Origin: Octopus vulgaris
Lineage: Eukaryota
NCBI GenBank assembly: GCA_951406725.2
Contig: OX597814.1
Span: 56,234,001-56,298,000 of the forward strand
Length of the DNA stretch: 64,000 bases
Reading direction: 5' to 3'
The notes beneath the pieces are model-generated. The model ran no database searches. It was not told where the DNA came from and was given only the letters and a program-made list of their open reading frames with translations. Below are positions 50,851 to 62,542 of the stretch, in pieces. Numbering within the stretch: the first letter of the stretch is position 1; each line of letters opens with the position of its first letter. Made by a program: the position numbers and the translations under genes.

Positions 50851-53572
50851 GTCAGAATGGACATTTAATATTCTATCGTTTCATTATATTACATCAATTA
50901 TTAAAAGATTGTAAATAAAACATGAAAATCAAAGTTAGAATTCCTTTGATTAATATATTATTCCATATGCATGCACATATGCACACAATGAGGTTCTTTC
51001 AGTTTCTGTCTACAAAATCCACTCGCAAGGCTTTGGTTGGCCTAAGGTTATAGTAGAAGACACTTGACCAATGTGCTACACAGTAGGAGTAGACTCAAAA
51101 CCATGTGGTTGAGAAGCAACTTCTTATCACACAACCATGCCTGTACCAATTCAAAATTTCTTCCTTTTTCCTTAATAGTTTGGTTGTAGGAAGAAGAACA
51201 ATACCTCTGACCATTTTCAGAGCTGCTGAGGCTGGTGAGAGGAAGTAAGTTATTGTCAGACCTACTTCAAATATTTGCAAAGTTATGAACTTTTACTAAA
51301 TGCACATTAAGGTTAGGTAATGGTATTAAATAGTGTGACAAACTGTCTTCTACCTAAGAATAAGAAAGGTCCTTCAGACAGGCTTCCATACAGTTTCTAT
51401 TTACCAGGTTTTACTAACAAGATGTGGCTGACCCTTGCCCAACATGTCATGAACTTAAAATCATATAGCTCTTAAGTACACTTCATTATCAAAAGGCCAC
51501 CCCTGCACCCTTGTTAAACAATTCTAACAATAAGAATATATGATTTTTTTTCGGTTTCTTTCAGTTTTTCCCTGTTTTTTTTTTTTGTTTTTTTTGGTTA
51601 GACAAATTATCCTTAATTGTAACTTATTAGCGTTGTAAAAGGATGTTCAAAACTTGAAAACAAAATTAATAAATAAAATTTTATTTTTCTCCAGCTAAAC
51701 ATTATTTCATTTTATTGGTCATTAACTTTTATTGGCTGAGATGACAAGACATTAGATGTTTCTGCTAATGTAATTTTAATTATAGCTTTTAAATGGAACC
51801 ATGAATTTTTAGACTTTAATGCCTCTCCTTTATATTTGAAATAAAAAATCTGTTGGCTATGAACAATGAAGTCTAAAAAAAAAAGTTGACAAAACATTTC
51901 CTGTATTTTTTATTATTTTTATTATTGAATTTTGTATGTAAGCAGAGCAAAAATTTAGTTTTCACATTTCAATTTTAAGTGGTACTCATGTGAATTTTTG
52001 TTTCCCCCAGTTTAGTTAGGGCATTCTCATATGAAAGCTGGTTAATAGAACTAGTTTAATGCCATTAATATATTTACCATTTATGATGAAGTTGTTTTGT
52101 AAGAATCAGAACAAATATTTTTTTCTCAGACCACAAACTTTACAGCAACTTTTAGGATAGTGTCACATGAACACTGGATTAGCAGAACTATCAGAGTATT
52201 GGATAAAATGCCTTGTAATATTTTACTAGAATTGTTTGAGTTTACCTTTCATTAAATACCAATTGATGCAATTTATTATGTATATGTAATCATGCCTAAT
52301 TTTAATGTGAAAGCAGTTAAGAATTAAAATCCATTTTACTGAGAGCATGTGAACAGCTACTACTCTATTGGTGATTTTTAAAAGGTTATCAGATAAATTT
52401 GCTCATTTGTTTTCTACTTGGCACTCCATCATCATGTGTGAAAAGAGGTCAAATTTATTCTAATTCCAAGAACGATAAACAAAACTTAGAGGAAGAATAG
52501 AGCTAATAAGAAATTATGATAAAAATATTTTTCATGTTAATTGAAAATAACAATGATTAAAATAATGTCAAAAAAGAAAAAAACAAAAATGAAGTTATCT
52601 AACAACCCAATATTCAAAAAGATTGTTTTGTTATATCTGTACATCTTTTCTGAATTAAGTGTTGACTGGTGCCTTTGAAAAAAATTAATAACATAAGTCA
52701 ATGAAGGAACCTTTGTGTTTGCCTACTGTATAAGGCAGTCAAATTTCCTCTAAATCATACTACTTTCATTAAAAAGGAAAAGGAGGACAAAATGGATCAT
52801 AATTTGTGGGTAAATTGGGTTTAAGTCAGGAAGATTTACACATCAGCTTTATTCTCCCATTTAGGCCTACCTTAAGTAAGAGTCAAGATGAAAACCAGAC
52901 AACTCGAAACTGGCCTAATCGCCATTGAATACACTAGAGGCAGTCTTCCCATGGTAAGGTATCATGTGCTCTTAGTGAGGATTTGATCTCCTCACCTGGG
53001 TTAGTCCACTTGTCATGCTCCTGTTTCTTGAAGCCACATAAGTCAGAGTGGGGTACCAAGAAGATAGCAATGAGAGAGGACTTGTTTTCACTGTATCATG
53101 ACAAACGCATCCACCAAACATGCCATTATTCCTTGAACATTCTATCTACCTCTTACACATTAGTCCATGATATACAAAAAGATGAGATGACTGAAATAAA
53201 CTTTAATCATAGGTTTGTTCAATCAATACTAACCTGTGCTAAGCAACAACAATAATCAACATCCATCTCTCCATCTTCACTGTTATTGATGTTGTTCTTG
53301 AGCTAAGAGTGTAAACATAGTCTTGGTTGAGTGATTAAGAAGTTCACTTTGCAATCATGAATTTTCAGGTTTGATCCTACTGCATGGCATCTTACATAAA
53401 TGTCTTACCATAAACTGATCAGAGTTTTGTGAGTGAAAATGGGTAGACAGAAACAGTATGGAAGCCAATCAGAGGGATTATATATGTAATTCAAAGGTCC
53501 CTTCTTGTCACATATTGTGTTACACTGATTTGGCTTAGGAGCTCTGTTAAGAGTGTATGTGCTTTGGGAATG

Positions 53573-53611
53573 CTTGTAGTATTCCCAAGGAATACTTGGG
53601 AATACTACAAG
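53573..53611. repeat. Perfect 17-bp inverted repeat with 5-nt loop
   Basis: CTTGTAGTATTCCCAAG-GAATA-CTTGGGAATACTACAAG. Confidence 0.95.
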
Positions 53612-56199
53612 TTAATTTAATGAGTCAGATGTCCAATTGACCAAGCAACCAAATTTTTGTTATCCAGACTAAATGAGGATCTGTCAGATTAAAGATAATG
53701 GAAAGACAGAAACACTAAAATACTACACTAAATATATTTCTGTGTTTATCTAAGTCAGCATACAGTGTTAGTCTGAAGCATATATTTGGTGATAAAGTAA
53801 TTACTAATTTTTTACTGGCATCAATTTAATCATTCATACCCCACCCTAGTGTACCGCCACACTCCCTGAAACTTTGCAGCTATAAAGCAATGGAAGAAAT
53901 TATTATTATTATTGGAGTGAGTTCAATTCTATCATGATCAATTAAAGTACTAGTCTTTTAATGGGCTTGATTGATTGTACCCTCTCCCAAAATATGTGAC
54001 CTTTCTTGTTAGAAATCGTTATTAGATACATGAGAGCTGGTGGTAAGGGAGGGTGGTGGAGAGTGATTACTTGTAGTATTAAGTTCTATCCCACAATACT
54101 TTCTGAGTTCAAATTTCACTGGGTTTCATTTTTACTTTTCATTCCACAGAGATTGATAAAGTAAGTACTGTGTTGATGTATATTCAATACAATTGATTAC
54201 TTACATTACCTTCGTTACAAATTTCTGGCTTTGGCCCAATGTCAGAAAAGCAAAATCATTATCGTTAGTAAAGTAACTTTTACCAGATATCAGGGAGGTA
54301 GGGATTATTGTAATTTTTGATATCTTCCATGTACAATTGAATAAAAACAAAAGAGAAATCAATGCATTAGTATTGTGCCATTGCAGCATATTGCAGGGAA
54401 AACCCTCAAAAGGAAACTTTTATTTTACATCAATAAGAGTGGTATTGTCTGTTTACAACCTTCATATTTAATTATTAAATGGTTAAGTTTCTTAAACAGA
54501 ATATAGAATCAGTATATAGTTGTATGTGATTTATCAAAGGTTTTATAAAATTTTACATATTTTGAGGACCAGTAACTTTTATGGGTTTTTTTAAAATCAT
54601 TTTCTACTGACTCAGTTTTTCAGTTTATTTTATAGCTAAGGTCATATTAGAGTATTGTCTGTCTGTCTTCTTGAGTTTTTAATGTGTAGTTATTTCAGGT
54701 TTAGAATTTAGGAGTAAAATTTTTCATTGACTGAAGTTGTAGGGAAGCTTCTGTGTGTGTATGTGTGTGTGTATTTGCTTCAATATGTCTATCTATTGTT
54801 GACACTGTTTGAATGATATATCCCACAGTTCAGTGGTTTAATGGGTTTTAACAAGTGAAGACCAATCAAATAAAATGAATAACTCACTTAAAAAAGTCAT
54901 AAAAGCTGGTAACAAAGGTAATTCTGCTTTGAACTCTGTCTTAGTAAGTCCTGTTCAGGCTATGCCAACATAGGTAAAAGATAATAAAAATAACAATGAC
55001 AGCTATTTACAGCTTTGAATTAATACCTTTCAATGTAAAGTGATATATTCTTTTCACCAATCAAAGATACTGAGTTTCTCTTTTTTGTGACTCAGATTGA
55101 TTCTTATAATACATATCTAAAATTGACTGTTTATTTTTCTGAAAGTTATATTTATTCAGTCAACTACTTGATACTTGAAAGCAAAGTAACCCTGCTCAGT
55201 TTCTATTATCAGTTTTAGCACTTTCACTTTTATGGATGCTGGCTTCTTTATTTTATCATTATGCCACCAACTGTTGTATTAATAGCCAACTTGAACTATC
55301 TATTTCTGTTATTCAAACTCTCTGTTACTAAACTTGGAATGTTACTAAACACATGCTATACATGGCTATTTGATTTAATATATCACTATTGTTAAAGCTG
55401 TCATATTCAGCGCTTTAGAAATTGCAATGCTAAGATTATTGCAAATAACTTACTTTGATTCTCCTTTCATTTTCTAACAAAGACTTATATTCTGTATAGA
55501 TTAATGAATACTTTAATTCCTAATAATATGCTAAATATTCCATTCCTATATAGCAAAAGGGTGTTGTTAGCAGCTTGTGGAGAGAAATTGATGCTATGAT
55601 TGATTGATTGATTCTAGTTTCAGCTCATGAGCTGTGGCCATGCTGGGGCACCGCCATTTATGATTATTATATTTTAACAAGTTATTTACAAATTTTCTAA
55701 ATATATTGGCAATCTATTCTATCCATACTAAATAAACTGGAAGCAAATTCTAATAAGCATTGACTTTCTTGTAAATATTGTAGATTTTCCATATGATCTT
55801 TGTCATGTTTACATGAGACCCTTTACATTCAGAAATCCTAATCACCTGGCAAGTTAGAAGTAGCTATGAAAATAATGATTGCCTGAAACATATGTAATAA
55901 TTTGCAAATATATTAATATTATGCACCAATATTAACATATCAAAGACTTATTTACAGCATGCAGTATTCACAATATGTATTATTCATTTCATTGGTTTCA
56001 AATCTTACTATAACTCTATCATTTTCACATACCCCTATAAAGTAAAGGCTGGCTTAGTACTCCTATGGATTCTGTTACTGCAGGTTTGATTCTCTTATTC
56101 CATTTGTTATTTCACCTCACTTGTATGAGTGCTTCTCATGCCTGGAGGTGTGTACCACTACTAAAATGGTCATTGTCACCACTTTTGCCATCATCCTTG

Positions 56200-59100
56200 T
56201 TTGTATCAATTAGCTTGAGCTTAGGGCTGATTTGGTCTCCATAAGCCAAAGTTCTAATGATTGATAACTGTATTGGTTCCAGCCAGCATCATAGAATTTT
56301 CCATTTCTTATATTAAATCATTATTTTTTTATAACTCATCTGCTGATTTGAGGAATAGGATATACTTAAGGAAACATTGTTCTGACATGTTACCAGAGCA
56401 GGAAAGCAGGGGAATCATAAAATAACTAAACAATAGTTAAGGTAAAACAATTCAAACTTTTCTCTTTGGTGAGTAAATGCCTTTAAGTTCGTTTTAAATG
56501 CTAAACCATCCACTCTGTGAACCCATTTGATTGGAGATGATGTCTGTGTTTGCAAGGAATGTAGTTAATTTTCTGTAGTCAAGGACAGAGACTATCAAGG
56601 GAATATTGACCAAGAAAGAGAATGTAGCCTGTTTTGTAGTTGAACTCTTCTAATCAGATATACAAATTATCTTTAGCCATCCTGTAAAGGAATCTACTAG
56701 TACAAAAATCATTTCAATACTGTTAATATGGGTATGATATATCTGTATAAAAAATCATTAGTCCATGAATGAAGCCTATTTTCAAAAAATCTTTATCTTT
56801 GCATATTTAGGACATTTATACATGTAGTTCCCCAACATTGTATGAATAGCCTAATCAGCATGTTTCAAACATAGAGGGATTGCATGTAGTAATTCCATAG
56901 TGCCACAATGGATATCATTGTGAACACTTTTAATAATTTTTGCTTCATAAATACTTATGGGGTAACAGTAAAGTCACTTTTGCAAAGGATACCATTTCTA
57001 GAGTTAATGTATGTTGAACAGGCTTATAGGATTTTCCAAACATTTTTTTTTCTTTTGGAAATGATTTTATCTAGTGGCCGATGATGCAGCATTACTGAAG
57101 CTAGTTGACCAAGATGTACTTGTCAGTTCCTACCTAATGTATCTTCATCATCATCATCCAAACTGATGTTTTTCTGTTGCAATCTAAAATATAACTATAA
57201 AAATGCAATGACTGAAGCATTTCCTTCAACATATGCAGTATCAAAATCAAATGCCATGAGCTGAATGGCTCACTTTAGTATCCTTGAAGATGTAATTGCA
57301 AGACGTTCAGGACATGGGTTTAAAGATGAATTCAAAAGGTTTATGACTGAGTTTAAGTAGAAATTCTCTACTTCATAAAAATGATAGGCATGATTTGTTA
57401 TCCACCAATTTTTTTTAAGAATCTCTCTCAATGTTCAAATAAGGTGGTTATTCAGCAATATAGTTAATAATAAAGAATGCTCACTAACATCAGTAGTCAA
57501 TGTGTTGTCCTTGTTGGCATCAAATAACCACACAACTGGATACTCCATGAGTGCACTTTCTTAATTCTTGAATACCTTTTTCTGAACATTGAATTTGACA
57601 CTTTTCTTGTACAATTTCACAAAGGAGGTTACTGTTTTAGAATATTTTTACAAATATCGACCATAAACTTTCACCATTCTTAAAAATGATTCTAATTTAG
57701 GTGGCAAAAGCAATCAAGAATATGAAGACAAGGAAAGCCCCTGGCCCACTGAGAAGCTAAAAGTACCTGGCGGAATAAGATATAGTCTAGTCACCCATAT
57801 AGATAATCAGGTTGTCCATGAAGAAGTCACACCCAACGATTGGTGTAGCAGCATTATAGTCAACTGTTATAAAGGCAAAGGTGACATCTTAGACAGGAAT
57901 AATTGCAGAGGTATCAAATTGCTGGACCAGGTAATGAAAGTCTCTTGTTCATCATAGTCTTCCAGGCAATAACAAAGGAATTTAAGATGGGCTACCTTTG
58001 GGAGCTCCTCTATGCTGATGACCTTGATCTTATAGCTGAATCATTACCAGAACTAGAGAAGAAATTTCAGACATAGAAGCAAAGTCTAGAATCAAAGGAC
58101 TTTAGAGTTAATCTATCAAAAATCAAAGTCTTAGTAAGTAGGGGAGCAGACAAATCATAAATCCCTTTCGGTAGATAGCCCTGCTCGATCTGTAAAAAAG
58201 GCATAGGTAGAAATTCCATAAGATGTACCTGGTGTAAACTATGGACACATAAGAGGTGCTGGAATATCAGAGGAAAGTTGACAGGAAAAACAGTTTCTGT
58301 GTGTGGGAAGATGCACAGGTTCAATTAACCCTACAAATGTACAGAAAATAGACTCCATCAAATTTTCTGTTAACTAGGTGACCAAATCAGTAGTGGGGGT
58401 GGTGGATGTTCCAAGAGTGTAGCTGCTAGAATAAGAATAGGCTGGGGAAAGTTCAGAGAGCTCCTACCTCTTTGTTATCTGTTGATAACAAAGGCTCTCA
58501 CAGTGGAAGGTAGATTGTATGATGCCTGTGTGCAATCAGTCATACTACATGGCAGCAAAACATGGGCTGTGACTGCTGAGAACAACATGCGTAGGCTTGA
58601 AAGAAATGAAACTAGTGTGTTTTGCTGGATGTGTAATGTCAGTGTGCATGCTCAACAGAGTATAAGCATCTTAAGAATAAAGTTGGGCATAAGAGGCATC
58701 AGATGTGGCATGCAAGAAAAATGACTACACTGATATGGTCGTGTGATGCATATGAATGAGGACAGCTGTATGAAGAAGTGCAAAACTCTAATGGTGGAGG
58801 ACAGGGTGATAAAGCATGATCTTTTAACATTGGGTCTCATGGAGGCAATGATAAGTGATCAAGATCTTTGCCATGCTTTGGAAAACCCATCAAACCAAGT
58901 GAAATCGTAGTCATGACTGATGCTAGTGTTGTGTAACTGGTACCCATGCTGGTGGCACGTAAAAAGCACCATTCGAACATTGAGCCTCATGGAGGCTGTG
59001 ACAGGTGACTGAGACCTTTGGCGATATATTGTGCTTGAGAAGACCTGTCAAGCCAAGTGAGGTTATAGTCATGGTCAAGTAACTGGTACCCATGCCAGTG

Positions 59101-59870
59101 GCACGTAAAAGCATCCACTACACTCTTGGAGTGGTTGGTGTTAGGAAGAGCATCCAGGTGTAGAAACCATGCCAAATTAGATTGGAACCGGGTGTGGCTT
59201 CCCAGCTTACCAGTTTTCAGTCAAACTGTCCAACCCATGCCAGCATGGAAAGCAGACATTAAATGATGATGATGATGTGCAAAATGTTAGTCTTGAGAAA
59301 CACCTTCCTTCAAAACGAAAATGTCCCCAAATAATATCTAGTTACTGTTAAAGATACAGTTGTCTGAATTTATAGTCATACCTGCATCTCTCAGTCGATC
59401 CAATATAATTAACTTTGGTCTTCAGTTTCAATTTCTCCTTGGTAGTTGCCTTTAGTATTTGTCATCCTGATAATTATTTTGTTTCTTTATATCATCCCCC
59501 AAGGTCTTTTCTATTACATGTTGAAAAATGGCTCTTGTTTTTATCCCATAATACATTCTTGTCAACTACTACAAACCAATTGGGTATCGGTATTTCTTTA
59601 AAGATCATCACCTATTGGAATTTGATAGTAAGCACATTACCAATCAAATTTTGCAAATTTGAAATTTTCATTATTTATATATTGCAATTAAAGGCTACTG
59701 AAAAATCACCACAGAAATATAAATTTCCATTTGGTATTTGTACAACTACAATAGGGGATATCTACTAGCTACTACTTGGTAGAATATGCTTTAGTAAGCC
59801 TTGTTCAATCATTTTCCATTATTCAGTAACTACTAATGGAGAAATATCTTTGCTTCCAATTTAGTGCAGG
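56200..59870 (-). mobile_element. Decayed Ty3/Gypsy pol remnant (RT-RNase H-integrase) interrupted by an RTE LINE
   Basis: Minus-strand pieces in Gypsy order: SPIVVVQIPNGNLYFCGDF, AYYQIPI, YQDD (59461-59472), LDRLRDAGMTIN, LESFL, LTTDVSE, SHKPFEFIF, AIQLMAFDF, HNDIHCG..CPK, LVDSFTGW, QSNG. Confidence 0.8.
57701..59277 (+). mobile_element. Older decayed copy of the same RTE LINE family, internally deleted
   Basis: VAKAIKNMKT...NDWCSSIIVNCYKGKGD...ELLYADDL...PHD region...HGSKTW, 3' UTR and (TGA)n tail; ~360 bp of the RT core missing at ~57942. Confidence 0.9.
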
Positions 59871-60935
59871 CCTTATAATTCTTTAGCAGAGTGGTGTCTG
59901 CAAGGGACAATGGATTTGATTACTATTGTATTTTTAATATTTAATACGTCAGTTCCAATGTGACTGTGACTTTTATCGCAGACTGTCACCATTATTGCCA
60001 TAATTTCTCACCGAGTACCTCTCTGTCTCTAGAGTGCTTTAAAACAAGAAAACAAAAACAATATCTTAATTGTTGGTCTGTCAGACTGATGAAGTTGCAG
60101 ACAGATGGCTTTTGTGAAGTTTGTATTGACCAATAAATATCTAAAATTTTTACTTCAATGTGGTTTTTTTTCTGTTATCCTATAGTGTAAATACATTTGT
60201 TGCAATATTACAGCTTTTTTCATCTAACATGTTTGTTATTTTACGTTATGGCCGCAGCCTTCGGGCTAAAACATTTTAAAGGATTTAAGATCAAAAATGG
60301 TTCTTTTTTGTATCATAGTTTGCATTTCGTTCTCAATCAACATTTCCCTTTAATGCAAATTTATAACCAGATACTTAACATAAAGAAAATTTCTTCATTG
60401 TGGCTAAGTGATAAGCATCAGCAACTCATGGCTCTACTTCACATGAAATCTCAACTCTTAAAATTCAGTGTAATCTCTAATTGTAACAAGTTTACGCATG
60501 ATTCAAATTACTTACTTCCCATGTGTAGCAGTTTCAGTACTCTTGGTGTGAGGACATAGAGAGTATAGGTCTTCATTGAATTACTTTTGTATTAATTCCT
60601 CTTCAGTACTTTAGTCTCCATGTTTATGAAACTCACAATATTTATGACCAATCACAAACAGAGAAATATTTAAAAAGGGCTTCGAAGAATCTTGATGTTG
60701 AAGCACAAATCTAGTTAATTTCACACTGGTCAGTGTCTTTGTATGCTCCACATTATTCATTATTATCATTCATACTTTGTTGAAACACTTGCCCTGCAGT
60801 TGTTTTGGACAAATCATTAGCAACACTTTCAGTATAACTTCATTACAAGTTTTTCATCAAAATAAATCTATCTCCTTTGCACCACTATATTCATAAATAG
60901 TTGTCTGTTTGTCTGCCCCTCTCTGTCTGTCTGTC

Positions 60936-60978
<43 letters not shown>

Positions 60979-61704
60979 CTACCTACCTACCTACTTACCT
61001 ACCTACCCATCATGATACAGGATTTATCCAAACATTATTGAGATCACCCTATTGGTTTATCTTGGTGCTTCTTATATTTTACTACTCAGCTGTAACATAA
61101 CAAACTGACATTTGCAACAGGACTGTATATCTCTTGCTTTTGTTGCTTACACCAGTGATTTTTCCAACATTTTTTTGAGCCATCACTGTTTTCAACTCTC
61201 ATTGAATTATTTACCTAAGTTAATAATAACAATTGTATTTTAAAGGTTAAATGTCAGGGATATGTCTAGGAAATCTTAAGCACCACTTATCATAGCTTGT
61301 ATGTGACACTCTAACATATCTTGATTCCATGTTTAAATAATTATTATTCTGTTGCTGTTTCATTTTCAAATATTAACATTTCAGTACTTTTTCTACCAAT
61401 AATATCTGTAATAAAGCACAATGGAACTTGCTGGATGATATGGCAAGAAATGTAATATGTTATACATCTAGGACCATAACACAGTGACTGCATTAATAAG
61501 GTTTGAACACATGAACATTCATTCAGTTGTCCAGTACCTTAGCATCATAGCCATTGTACTTAATAACTATTGAATATTACTCAAACACTAAGTTTAAAAT
61601 ATAAAAATATGAGCATGATAAATGGATCAGGGTATAACTGAACAGTTTATGATACAGTAGTAATTACCAGAAAAGAGAGAGAGGCTGCTCTTTTCTTTTT
61701 ATTT

Positions 61705-62310
61705 CTTTCCTATCTTTTACTTGTTTTAGACATTGGAAGGGCTTTAGTTGAACGAGTTGACCCTAGTTCTTATTTTTTTAAAGCCTGTTACTTATTCTAT
61801 TGGTTTCTTATGCCAAACTGCTAAGCTACAGAGATGTAAACAAACCAACACTGATTGTCAAGTAGTGGTGGGGTACAAACACAAAGAAACACACGTGCCT
61901 GTGAACACAAATATATATTTTCTTCTTTCTTTTTACTTCTTCTTTAGGATCTGTTCTCCATGCTGGCATGGGTAAGATAGTTTGATGGGACTGCTAAGTT
62001 GAAAAGCTGCACCAGACTCCAGTCTGTTTTAGCTTGGTTTCTACTGTTGGGTGCCCTTCCTAATGCCAACCACTCTACACAGTGTACTGAATGTCTTTTA
62101 CCTGTCACTGGCATGGGACATGTCATCATATATGTATGTATGTATACACTGTGGGCTTTTTTCTGTTTCCATCTAACAAATCCACACACAGGCTTTGGTA
62201 GCTCGGGGCTATATTAGAAGACATTTGTCTTTGGTGTCATGCAGTAGGACTGAATCCAGAACTATGTGATTGGGACGCAAACTTTTTACGACACAGCCAT
62301 ACCCATGTCT
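61705..62310 (-). mobile_element. SINE family A copy with a nested RTE-type tail
   Basis: Tail and body 61705-61890, RTE-type UTR ~61950-62120, head 62153-62305. Confidence 0.75.
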
Positions 62311-62373
62311 CGTAAACTATATTAATGTACAAAACAGTAAGCATCTATTTACTGATCCTATTTTTTTTTCCAG

Positions 62374-62542
62374 ATAACGACACTTGCTTTTATGGAAAAT
62401 GTTACTACTGCAAAGGGAAAGAAAGTGGCGTGTGTGCCCAGAAGACCATCCTCGAAGGTACCATTGTTCTTTGGATCTCTCATAAAATGCAACTTTACAG
62501 ACATCCATGGGGCAGAACATACATTGACAACAAACAAGCTAA
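62374..62542 (+). CDS. FAM20B: FAM20B internal exon (169 nt, phase 1-2)
   Basis: T-tract-CCAG|AT...AA|GTAAGT; (D)NDTCFYGKCYYCKGKESGVCAQKTILEGTIVLWISHKMQLYRHPWGRTYIDNKQA. CFYGKCYYC and RHPWGRTY are FAM20B-type rather than FAM20C-type. Confidence 0.95.

Larger units (their letters stand above)
50068..50952. mobile_element. AT-rich non-coding insert, probable Penelope-like (pLTR-derived) element
   Basis: Two minimal hammerhead-like motifs, a ~100-bp inverted repeat (50518-50623 / 50851-50952), insertion into a microsatellite, no ORF. Confidence 0.6.
49828..51143 (-). mobile_element. SINE family A copy split by a ~0.9-kb insertion in its central microsatellite
   Basis: Tail half 49828-49980, head half 50993-51143. 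Confidence 0.8.

Noticed and set aside
60080-60125. CTGATGA box
   Set aside because: No downstream stem II followed by GAAA.
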